From a virus (Duplodnaviria; Heunggongvirae; Uroviricota; Caudoviricetes), in the IMG/VR virus record IMGVR_UViG_3300020109_000007, positions 1 through 47,462 of that record: a stretch of 47,462 bases of DNA; one strand, given 5' to 3'. The notes beneath the pieces are model-generated. The model searched no databases. It had not been told where the DNA came from and saw nothing but the letters and a program-made list of their open reading frames with translations. Of this stretch, positions 8,213 through 16,274 are shown piece by piece; the first letter of the stretch is position 1, and every line of letters starts with the position of its first letter. Position numbers and translations under genes: made by a program.

Positions 8213-8945
8213 TAGTAAGACTAGAGCAATCCAAACTCTAGCTGAGTATTTTGAAACAAAGGGTCGTGTAATGAGTCGTCAAGAGTATACTCGCGAGACT
8301 GACACCCCCATACGCTTCCAGCAGCTAGTAACACTATTTGGCTCCTGGAATAAAGTGGAGAAACTTTTAATGGCAAGAGAAGCACGAGATGCTATCACCA
8401 ACATCGACGAAGTACTAGCTGCTAAGAACCGCGCTGCTCTAGAAGCAAACAAGCAGTGGAGAGAAGCAAGCGAGAACCAGGACAAGAAGGCACTTCGTGA
8501 GGCTGAAGCACAGTACGTAGCTGAAGTTCTCGCAAAGAACGCCGCTACTCCGGAAGGTGCTAACGCTAACAAGATCGCTATTGGCGGACCACTTCCAAGT
8601 GAGCAGCCAGACTTCGATCTAGTAGGTGCTACTGTAGAAACCGATCCTAAGACTCGTGAGCAGACTGTAGTTAACACGAAGCCTGAGATTGTAACTACCT
8701 CTAACAAGGATCCTAAGACTCCTCAAGAGCTTAGAGACGCTGTAAGAGAGGAAGACGGAGCAAAGGACGGATCTCCTGATGTAGGTCATGCTACCGACGG
8801 CGGAAGCCAGGGCACTGCTTCCATCTCTACCACGAATGCACTAGGTGCAGACAGTGGCGACGAAAAGGACGTAGCAGATAAGAGCAAGGCTGCTCAACCA
8901 TCTACCTCTTCCAAGACTGTTCCAAACGACAAGAACAGCAAGTAA
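8205..8945 (+). CDS. Head-associated protein at the T5 decoration-gene position; helical N-terminus with a long low-complexity acidic tail
   Basis: Lies between portal and protease; N-terminal ~60 aa end in LFGSWNKVEKLL; C-terminal half is D/E/T/S/K-rich. Confidence 0.55.
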   Translation: MSNSKTRAIQTLAEYFETKGRVMSRQEYTRETDTPIRFQQLVTLFGSWNKVEKLLMAREARDAITNIDEVLAAKNRAALEANKQWREASENQDKKALREAEAQYVAEVLAKNAATPEGANANKIAIGGPLPSEQPDFDLVGATVETDPKTREQTVVNTKPEIVTTSNKDPKTPQELRDAVREEDGAKDGSPDVGHATDGGSQGTASISTTNALGADSGDEKDVADKSKAAQPSTSSKTVPNDKNSK

Positions 8946-8953
8946 TCTAAACT

Positions 8954-10945
8954 ATGGCTCGCGTTTTTCGCTTAAATTCTACGATTAAGTCAGTAGGCGA
9001 GCAAGAAGATGGTCAGCTAAAGATTGTAGGATATGCAAGTACAGCTGATACTGACAGGGTCGGGGACGTAATTGTCCCCGACGCCTGGCTAAAGAGCGGT
9101 GGTTTAGATAACTTTAAGAACAACCCTGTAATTCTATTCAACCACAACTATTCTGTGCCTATTGGTAAGGCAACTGAAGTTGAGGTCGACTCTACAGGAC
9201 TAAAAGTTACGTGCTTAATCAGTGATGCAGCGGGACCTACTAAAGGTCTCATCAAGGACGGTGTTCTTAGCACTTTCTCTGTAGGATTCATGATTAAGGA
9301 TGCCGACTATAGTGAAGCTACTGACGGATATATTATTAGGGATGCGGAACTACTAGAGGTTTCTGTAGTATCCATTCCTTGCAATGCAAAAGCAACTTTC
9401 AGCATCAAGAAGTCTCTTCAGTCCGATGATGAGTTGCACAAGTTTGAAGAAGAAGTTAACATTTCTAGAGGCCAGGATCCTAATGAAGTAAATACTTCAG
9501 AAGTTGTTCCCTTGCCAGAGTCCGGTACTGTTGTACCTCCGGAGAAAAAATCAATGACCCCAGAAGAAATCGCAGCAATGGTTGCTGAGGCAACCCAAAA
9601 GGCTCTAGCTGACCAGAGAGCCGCTGCTGAGAAGGCTGCTAAGGAAGCCGCTGAGAAGAAGGCTGCTGAAGAAGCCGCCGCTGCTTCCGCTAAGGCTGCC
9701 GCTGAGGCCGCCGTTAAGAGCACCGAAGAGAGACTACTTGCAGACTTTGACGCAAAGCTCAAGGAGAACAACGAGAACTTCGAGAAGACCTTCAATGAAA
9801 TGAAGACCGCTCTAGAAGAGAAGGCTCAGGACCTAGAGAATATGCGCTCCAGCAAGCGTAATCTCATCGACTCCAAGTCCTCTAACCCACTAGAGAACAA
9901 CGAGCTCATGACTGAAGCTGAGAATGCTTTTGTTCTTGCTAAGATGCTTAAGAAGGGCTTCGATGATACTAAGCTCGGTAAGGAAGTTCTAGAAAAGTTC
10001 AACACTCACTCTACTGTAAGTGTTGGTTCCGATGCTCTAGAGCGTACCGTAAGCACGAACATCGAGCGTGATATTTGGAACGAGCTCATTCTTGCTCCAA
10101 TGTTCCGCGAAATCGGTATGAACAGTGCCGAGATGACCTTCCCAATCATGCCAGACGCCGGCTACGCTGAAATCACTGCTGCTACTACCGCAGCCGGTAA
10201 TCAGCCAAATGGTAACATGGATCAGCGTGGTGCAGGTTACGGTGCTCCGTACCAGGGTCTAACGCTCTCAGAGCGTACCCTAAGAACTGTAAAGATGATT
10301 GCTAGAAGCTACCTTGGTAACGAGACCGAGGAAGACGCAATTCTTCCAGTTCTTCCGCTAATTAAGGAGTCTATGGCTCGCTCCCACGCTCGTGGTGTAG
10401 AGAACATGCTTCTTGCGGGTAACACTGACCAGGGTGTTTACACTTCCGGTGCCGCTAACGGTCTTATCCGTTTCGCTCAAACTGGTGGTCGTACTCTAAC
10501 TACTTCTGCTGCTGATACCAAGCTAACCGCAGCCGCTCTATTCGGTATGCGTAAGCTAATGGGTAAGTACGGACGTGACCCACGCGATCTAGTTTATGTA
10601 GTTTCGCAGCAGGCCTGGTTCGAGCTAATCGAAGACCCTGAGTTCATGGATGCCGATCTTGTTGGTGCTAACAACGCTACCAAGCTAACCGGTTCTGTAG
10701 GCCGTCTATACGGTACCGAAGTTGTAATGTGCGACGAGTTCGCTCCTCCAGGTGCCGGTAATTACTTTGCTCTTGCGCTAAACCGCAGAAACTTCCTAGT
10801 GCCACGTCTACGTGGTATGACAGTAGAGAGCGAGTACTCTGTAGATAAGCAGCACACCGTACTCGTAAGCAGCCAGCGTCTAGGTTTCGATGAAATCATT
10901 CCTGGTGCACCTGCTATCGTAGGTCTCAAGTACGCTGACGCGTAA
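8954..10945 (+). CDS. Fused prohead protease (HK97-type) + scaffold/delta coiled coil + major capsid protein
   Basis: Protease motifs GYAST..DRVGDVI, LFNHN, FSVGF, LLEVSVVSIPCN; AEK-rich coil; T5 pb8-like VLEKFNTHSTVSVGSDALERTVSTNIERDIWNELILAPMFREI; capsid C-terminus SQRLGFDEI. Confidence 0.93.
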   Translation: MARVFRLNSTIKSVGEQEDGQLKIVGYASTADTDRVGDVIVPDAWLKSGGLDNFKNNPVILFNHNYSVPIGKATEVEVDSTGLKVTCLISDAAGPTKGLIKDGVLSTFSVGFMIKDADYSEATDGYIIRDAELLEVSVVSIPCNAKATFSIKKSLQSDDELHKFEEEVNISRGQDPNEVNTSEVVPLPESGTVVPPEKKSMTPEEIAAMVAEATQKALADQRAAAEKAAKEAAEKKAAEEAAAASAKAAAEAAVKSTEERLLADFDAKLKENNENFEKTFNEMKTALEEKAQDLENMRSSKRNLIDSKSSNPLENNELMTEAENAFVLAKMLKKGFDDTKLGKEVLEKFNTHSTVSVGSDALERTVSTNIERDIWNELILAPMFREIGMNSAEMTFPIMPDAGYAEITAATTAAGNQPNGNMDQRGAGYGAPYQGLTLSERTLRTVKMIARSYLGNETEEDAILPVLPLIKESMARSHARGVENMLLAGNTDQGVYTSGAANGLIRFAQTGGRTLTTSAADTKLTAAALFGMRKLMGKYGRDPRDLVYVVSQQAWFELIEDPEFMDADLVGANNATKLTGSVGRLYGTEVVMCDEFAPPGAGNYFALALNRRNFLVPRLRGMTVESEYSVDKQHTVLVSSQRLGFDEIIPGAPAIVGLKYADA

Positions 10946-10952
10946 TTGACTA

Positions 10953-10980
10953 TTGGGCGAGGCGTAAAACCCTCGCCCAA
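10953..10980 (+). terminator. Stable hairpin after the capsid gene (terminator or mRNA stabiliser)
   Basis: TTGGGCGAGG-cgtaaaac-CCTCGCCCAA, 10-bp stem with only a weak U-tract. Confidence 0.55.
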
Positions 10981-10995
10981 GGTTTCTATAAAACT

Positions 10996-11580
10996 ATGGA
11001 CATAATCACTTTACAAGAGTATAAAACCTATAATGGAATTACTAAGCCTACTGATGATCCCAAGGTCAGTATGCTAATTTCGTTCGTCAGTAGTTTAATA
11101 AAAGCCTATATTGGGAGAGATTTTTCTACGGAAGAAACTGTCACTGAAGTAATTAGCTTAGATTATGACACAAATCAAATCTTCTTGGAGAAATATCCTG
11201 TTAGGGAAATACTAAGTATTACCGAAACGGATAGATATACTTGGGATTCTACCGTACATGTTCCTTTACTTAAAGATGTTCACTTTGACGTAAACATGAA
11301 AGAGGGAATTATTACTAGGTCCTGGACTCCAGGTAGCTTCGCTAACTGGCCTATTAATCCGGGGGTAGTTAGGGTAGAATACATAACAGGAACAAACGAC
11401 TTGTTTGCTTCCGTATTCCCAGAGGATCTGAAATTAGCTGCTATAGAACTAGTTAATTACTATAAGAATGACGAGTTTAGGCAGTCTAAGGCGCTTCAGG
11501 GCGCCTCTATAGTTAATTCAGTTCCGCAGGGTACAGATTTTCCTCAACATATACAAGTCATTTTGGATAGGTACAGATGA
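10996..11580 (+). CDS. Head completion / head-tail connector (T5 p144-like)
   Basis: ITLQEYKTYNGI..DDPKVSMLISFVSSLIKAYIGR and PEDLKLAAIELVNYY are gp6-like connector signatures; synteny. Confidence 0.82.
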   Translation: MDIITLQEYKTYNGITKPTDDPKVSMLISFVSSLIKAYIGRDFSTEETVTEVISLDYDTNQIFLEKYPVREILSITETDRYTWDSTVHVPLLKDVHFDVNMKEGIITRSWTPGSFANWPINPGVVRVEYITGTNDLFASVFPEDLKLAAIELVNYYKNDEFRQSKALQGASIVNSVPQGTDFPQHIQVILDRYR

Positions 11581-12842
11581 GCAAGGCAGCGCTAGCAGAT
11601 CTTAGTAAAAGGTTACAGGGAGACTCTAAAGACTTTAGAAATGCTACCATGTATCCTGAGATGCATGCTATTAACATAAGAGCTACGTCTATTAAGACTG
11701 AACTGCGCTATGAAATTGAGCAAACTGACCCGGAACTCTTGAAATATATAAGCGACAAAGACATTGGACAAGCTGCCAGTCAGTTTAGACGTGTTTTAAT
11801 GGCTATTGTAGGTAATCCGAGAAGGGGGTTGCGCTCATTAGAAACGGATCCTAATGTAATTGTTTCTGTATCATATGGTGCGTTTTCTAGCGCCTTACGT
11901 GAAGCAGGGGAAGCTGCCCTCAGGCACATAAATAAAGTTCTTACTAATAATAAAGTAGACTATGTTCCTTTATTAGCCTCTAAGTCTATTCAATTGGATC
12001 ATACTAGAACTGTCGCTGAAACAAGAATTACTTCTGCTATTGATGAGGCAGGTATAAACGCTGTAGATTTAGTACGGGAAATGAAGCGTAATAAGCTAAT
12101 TAGTAGAAAAGAATACCAAGAGGTCTACAAGAACGTTTTAGATATTAACTCCTACTATCGAGGAAACTCTAAAGAATTTACTATTAAGGGTTCGGTAGTA
12201 TCTGGAGAGCTCAGATCTGGTAATAGAAACCAGGTAGAGGGTAGAAGCATAATTAACGCTAGAGCTACTGCGTTTCGAAAGGCAGTAGAGAAAGCAATAG
12301 CTTCTAATGACTGGCTAACACAAGCAGCTTCAGATAGCTACAGTACCTATTTAAATAAGCAATTAAATAATGCTGCTGTAAAAGCAGGAGCCTCTGGTAA
12401 GCTGCAAAATCTTAATACAAAGGCTTCTTCAGTAAGATCTGTTAATACGATAAAAACGCAAAACAAGGCCAAAGAATATAGTGCTTTAACATTGGGCAAG
12501 CGTTCTAGAACTGCCCCTCTTGTAAATTTAGCTTCTATAACTGCATACATAAACGCAAGACTACCTCAAGCTATCAGAGCCAATATGGGTCCAGGGTCAT
12601 TAGTCAATAGAACTGGACGATTTTCTGAGAGCGCTCGAGTAGTTGCATCAGGACTTACAGCTAAGGGACATCCTTCCTTAGCTTATACTTATCAAAGAAA
12701 TCCATATGATGTATTTGACCCAGTATTAGGCAGTCTTCCTTGGAATATCCCTTCTAGAAACCCTAAGAGACTAATAGAGAAGTCTATTCGAGATATTGCG
12801 CGAGAAATTATAGTTGGAAGATTTTACTTAAGGAGAGCCTAA
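11577..12842 (+). CDS. Tail completion protein (T5 p143-like, N-terminally extended)
   Basis: C-terminal LVNRTGRFSESARV...AYTYQRNPYDVF...RNPKRLIEKSIRDIA typical of this family; synteny. Confidence 0.7.
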   Translation: MSKAALADLSKRLQGDSKDFRNATMYPEMHAINIRATSIKTELRYEIEQTDPELLKYISDKDIGQAASQFRRVLMAIVGNPRRGLRSLETDPNVIVSVSYGAFSSALREAGEAALRHINKVLTNNKVDYVPLLASKSIQLDHTRTVAETRITSAIDEAGINAVDLVREMKRNKLISRKEYQEVYKNVLDINSYYRGNSKEFTIKGSVVSGELRSGNRNQVEGRSIINARATAFRKAVEKAIASNDWLTQAASDSYSTYLNKQLNNAAVKAGASGKLQNLNTKASSVRSVNTIKTQNKAKEYSALTLGKRSRTAPLVNLASITAYINARLPQAIRANMGPGSLVNRTGRFSESARVVASGLTAKGHPSLAYTYQRNPYDVFDPVLGSLPWNIPSRNPKRLIEKSIRDIAREIIVGRFYLRRA

Positions 12843-13294
12843 TGCACGAACGAAAATATACTAGCAAGCGTTCATCTATTCTCAACGCTTTAACGGATAA
12901 GTTTAAAGAGATTAATGGTACGGGAGATTTTAAGAGCAACATATATGATAATGCTCACTCACGTATGGCTTTCTGGGACGAAATTAACCAATATCCTGCA
13001 GTACACTCCGGACTAGGGCCAGAGAGTATAGTTTACCAAGGTAGTGGTGTAAAAGAAAGATTTTTAACTATAACAGTCAGATGCTTCGTTGAGGGCGAAG
13101 ACCCTCAAGATGCACTGGAGTTGCTCCTGGAAGATCTCGAAACCGTAATAGAAAAGAACGGCAGATTGGCTTATGTAGATTCATCAGGAGCAACAAAAAG
13201 AACAGTAGACATACTTATTCTAAGTATAGATACGGACGAAGGAGCGCTAGCACCTATAGGCGTAGGCGAACTTATACTTCAAGTCCGATACTGA
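12842..13294 (+). CDS. Tail terminator protein (T5 p142-like)
   Basis: FWDEINQYPAV, ELLLEDLETVI, SIDTDEGALAPIGVGELILQVRY; directly before the tail tube gene. Confidence 0.8.
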   Translation: MHERKYTSKRSSILNALTDKFKEINGTGDFKSNIYDNAHSRMAFWDEINQYPAVHSGLGPESIVYQGSGVKERFLTITVRCFVEGEDPQDALELLLEDLETVIEKNGRLAYVDSSGATKRTVDILILSIDTDEGALAPIGVGELILQVRY

Positions 13295-13355
13295 AGATTT
13301 CAGACACGAGCAATAGCTCACGATCTTGAACTCTTCGAGATTGCAGGAGAATTAA

Positions 13356-14483
13356 ATGGCAGTTCCAGCCGGTACTTCCAATCTGTACCTCAGTAGAGAT
13401 ACAAAAGTTTACATCGAGCAAGCTGGTGTAATCTGGGAAATTCCAGTTCTTAATGGCTACAGCGTTAACCAAACTACGAATACCAGTGAGGTTACCCTGA
13501 ATGAAATGAGCGACTCTACTGGTAGAAGCCGTAGAGCTCGTAAGGTATTTACCGACTCCGTGGCTCCTTCTGAATGGAGCCTAACCACATATATGCGTCC
13601 TGTAACGGTTAGTGGCGTTACTAGAGCTGTCGAGGAAGTTCTCTGGGCTAACTTTGTTGCTCCTAACGCTTTTGACGGTACGGCATGGGACGCCGGTGTA
13701 GATATTGCAGCCGACGCGTTGACTTTTGACTTTGAAGACTCTAACAAAACGACTATCGGTGAGTTTAATCTCTACTTCGTTTTTGGCGCAGCTAACGCTC
13801 CGGATGCTAATTACGAGGCAGATGGCGACACTCTGATCTATAGAGTTCCCGGCTCTGTAATTAATGAAGCTGCTATCACTTTTGATATTGATGGCATCGC
13901 TTCGATTGCATGGAGCGGTATGGGCGCTACTAGAGTTGAAGTTGGAGCATTTGATGCTTCTACAGCTATTCGTGCTGGTATTGACGATGACGATAACTTC
14001 ATTCGTAACAGACTTACCCAGGTTTCTCTAGTAAGTTCAGTATCTGGCTCTAGTAAGACTTACAACGTAACTCTAACTGGCGGCTCTATTACTATTTCTA
14101 ACAACCTAACCTTCCTAACACCGGAAGTAATGGGTAGAGTAAACCGTCCACTTGGTCACGTTACAGGTACTAGAACTGTAACAGGCAACATGACAGCATA
14201 CATGGATGAGCAGACCAATGGTACCGTAGATCTAACAGACGATATCTCTAACGCTATCAATACAGTTACTAATAAGTTTGCTGTAGACTTTTACGTAGGA
14301 GGCAAGGATACGGGAGATAATCCTGTTGGTCCTGGCGTTCAGTTCAAGATTCCACAAGCACACTTATCAGTGCCATCCTTTGATATTGGAGACGTACTTG
14401 CAGTAGATATTACCTTTGATGGTCTGCCTTCTACACTAAGTAGCGCAGATGAAATCAGCGTAATTAAGTACGTAGCCGCGTAA
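13356..14483 (+). CDS. Major tail tube protein (T5 pb6-like, no C-terminal Ig domain apparent)
   Basis: LYLSRDTKVY, EIPVLNGYSVNQ, FDIDGIASIAWSG, FIRNRLT, GHVTGTRTVTGNMTAY; AGGAG RBS. Confidence 0.88.
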   Translation: MAVPAGTSNLYLSRDTKVYIEQAGVIWEIPVLNGYSVNQTTNTSEVTLNEMSDSTGRSRRARKVFTDSVAPSEWSLTTYMRPVTVSGVTRAVEEVLWANFVAPNAFDGTAWDAGVDIAADALTFDFEDSNKTTIGEFNLYFVFGAANAPDANYEADGDTLIYRVPGSVINEAAITFDIDGIASIAWSGMGATRVEVGAFDASTAIRAGIDDDDNFIRNRLTQVSLVSSVSGSSKTYNVTLTGGSITISNNLTFLTPEVMGRVNRPLGHVTGTRTVTGNMTAYMDEQTNGTVDLTDDISNAINTVTNKFAVDFYVGGKDTGDNPVGPGVQFKIPQAHLSVPSFDIGDVLAVDITFDGLPSTLSSADEISVIKYVAA

Positions 14484-14494
14484 AAATATAGTTC

Positions 14495-14523
14495 TTGACT
14501 TTTTGGTCCATTAAAACTATAAT
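14495..14523 (+). promoter_or_regulatory. Sigma70-type promoter
   Basis: TTGACT-17 nt-TATAAT preceded by AAAAATATAG. Confidence 0.8.
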
Positions 14524-14533
14524 GTGAACAACT

Positions 14534-14559
14534 TGGGGAGCATTTCTGCTCCCCATTTT
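14534..14559 (+). terminator. Intrinsic terminator-like hairpin
   Basis: TGGGGAGCA-tttc-TGCTCCCCA followed by TTTTG. Confidence 0.6.
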
Positions 14560-14572
14560 GTCTGGGGTTTTA

Positions 14573-15490
14573 ATGACTGAGTATAACTTAAAAAGAGATA
14601 GTAAACTATATATAGTGTACTCAGGTCAGAGACACTCTATTGACATATACCCTGATCTATCTTTCTCTCAAACATTTAGCGAGACTAGTGTGCCGGTAAA
14701 GACCTTGCACAAGCAGGCTGATTTGTTTGAAGATGCGGCAATAACTAAAGCTAATCCAGCTAACTTCAATTTTACTATTCCAATATTACGGGAAAGTGAC
14801 CTTGATATAGTATTAACGCTTCTTACAACTTTAAATTCTTCGGCATCCTTAAATACCGCAGATATTTATGTAGAGAATAATTCGAAAACTTTCAAGCTAG
14901 AAACTTCAGTATTCGAATCAGGAGTGTTTAGAATAGACTCTAAGAGTGTCCTTATACTTACAGCTTCAGGAACTGCCAGAAAGTTGTCCGAATTTTCTGG
15001 AAACATTCCTGGCTCAAGTGTAACTAGATCAAATACTAATACCTTTGTAGGTGTATTTGCTTTAAGTGCTATGTTGGGCTCAGAAGAGCTTACTCATCTA
15101 ACCTCTCTATCTGTAGAAATAGTTAATACAGTTAGTTGGCTAGAGCACGGAACTCTACATAAAAGTTTGGATATTTTGGATGCCTCCGGAACTAGTTTTC
15201 CGGAGGCTTTCGTCGTTGAGTCCAGAAGATTATCTGGAACCCTACAGCGGTATATTACCAAAGACGTGGGAGTTATAGATAAGCCTGTAACTACCTGGAG
15301 TACAAATACACCTATGACTATACGTATAGGTGACGTGGGGTTATGGGCATTAAGATTTAATCTTCCATCCATCGTTTACACAAGTCGTATAGAGCTTTCT
15401 GACTTCTATATACAAAGCTACGACTTTAGATTAAATACGAACAATAATATAAGTGATATAATAGTAAAGGAGAATATACGTGGATCTTAA
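14573..15490 (+). CDS. Minor/baseplate tail tube protein (T5 p140-like); start ATG 14573
   Basis: YNLKRDSKLYIV, SFSQTFSE...KTLH, ITKANPANFNFTIP resemble the tube-protein paralogue; synteny. Confidence 0.75.
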   Translation: MTEYNLKRDSKLYIVYSGQRHSIDIYPDLSFSQTFSETSVPVKTLHKQADLFEDAAITKANPANFNFTIPILRESDLDIVLTLLTTLNSSASLNTADIYVENNSKTFKLETSVFESGVFRIDSKSVLILTASGTARKLSEFSGNIPGSSVTRSNTNTFVGVFALSAMLGSEELTHLTSLSVEIVNTVSWLEHGTLHKSLDILDASGTSFPEAFVVESRRLSGTLQRYITKDVGVIDKPVTTWSTNTPMTIRIGDVGLWALRFNLPSIVYTSRIELSDFYIQSYDFRLNTNNNISDIIVKENIRGS

Positions 15491-15914
15491 GAGTTTAATG
15501 GTAGATATTAAGCAGACTTCTATGGATTACCCAGGCTTCGAAGGCTTTAAGGTAAATATTGCACATATCAGCAGAGAGAAATTAGTAGCCTTAAGAAAGG
15601 GCTGCATTGAAAGTAAGTTCGATAGAAAGACTAGAGTAGCTTATGAAGAACTGAATGATGTTAAATTTCTGGAAAAGTTTACAGAAGCTACAGTGAAGGG
15701 CTGGACTGGACTCAAGCTAGAATACCTCGAGCAGTTGATGCTTGTAGATATCGAGTCTCAAGACCCAAATGCGGAGCTACCTTATACCCCCGAAAACGCA
15801 GTACTTTTAGTACGTAACTCCACCGCTTTTGACGGTTGGCTGAATGAGGTGGTAAACGATCTAGATAATTTTCGTTCAGGACGAAATAGAGACACTGTGG
15901 GCGAGGCTGAGTAA
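15480..15914 (+). CDS. Tail assembly chaperone (gpG equivalent)
   Basis: MDLKSLMVD...YPGFEGFKVNIAHISREKL...TVKGWTGL...NSTAFDGWL; between tube genes and the tape measure. Confidence 0.82.
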   Translation: MDLKSLMVDIKQTSMDYPGFEGFKVNIAHISREKLVALRKGCIESKFDRKTRVAYEELNDVKFLEKFTEATVKGWTGLKLEYLEQLMLVDIESQDPNAELPYTPENAVLLVRNSTAFDGWLNEVVNDLDNFRSGRNRDTVGEAE

Positions 15915-16263
15915 CTGGCAAAATAATTTCGATACTGGAATGACTAGAGAGAAGTACTTTAACTTAATGGATCAGATGAAAAAGGAGCCCAATCCTGATG
16001 ATATTCCTCCAGAGTTAATTGACTTTCCTCAAGACGTTCAGAAAGCTATATTAGTGTTTAATAATCTGGGAGACAGAATCCTCCCTGATATTGGATACTT
16101 AGGCAAGGACTATTCCCAGCTTCCTATCTTTATTGATATATACGAAGTTCAAGACAAGAAGTTGTTTTTGGACACTCTGCTTAAACTAGATACTAGAACA
16201 AGAGAGAAATCTGCCGCTGAGATGAAAGCTCAGAGGGCCAAGCTTAAAGCTAGCAAGCTTTAA
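15874..16263 (+). CDS. Tail assembly chaperone extension (gpT equivalent), probably reached by +1 frameshift; in-frame ATG at 15940
   Basis: The +1 frame is open from 15865 (after TAG 15862-15864): FVQDEIETLWARLSNWQNNFDTGMTREKY...; TTT CGT at 15870-15875. Confidence 0.7.
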   Translation, partial: VQDEIETLWARLSNWQNNFDTGMTREKYFNLMDQMKKEPNPDDIPPELIDFPQDVQKAILVFNNLGDRILPDIGYLGKDYSQLPIFIDIYEVQDKKLFLDTLLKLDTRTREKSAAEMKAQRAKLKASKL

Positions 16264-16274
16264 TGGAATAATTA

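Noticed and set aside
9590-9720. Repetitive GCT/GAA/AAG tract as a DNA repeat or CRISPR-like array
   Set aside because: It encodes the AEK-rich coiled coil of the capsid precursor; there is no fixed repeat-spacer periodicity.
8279-9795. Antisense ORFs 8279..8707 and 9418..9795
   Set aside because: Low-complexity shadows produced by the biased GCT/GAA codons of the sense genes.
10946-10975. TTGACT after the capsid stop as a promoter
   Set aside because: The 17-nt-spaced hexamer is ACCCTC, and the region is better explained as a hairpin.
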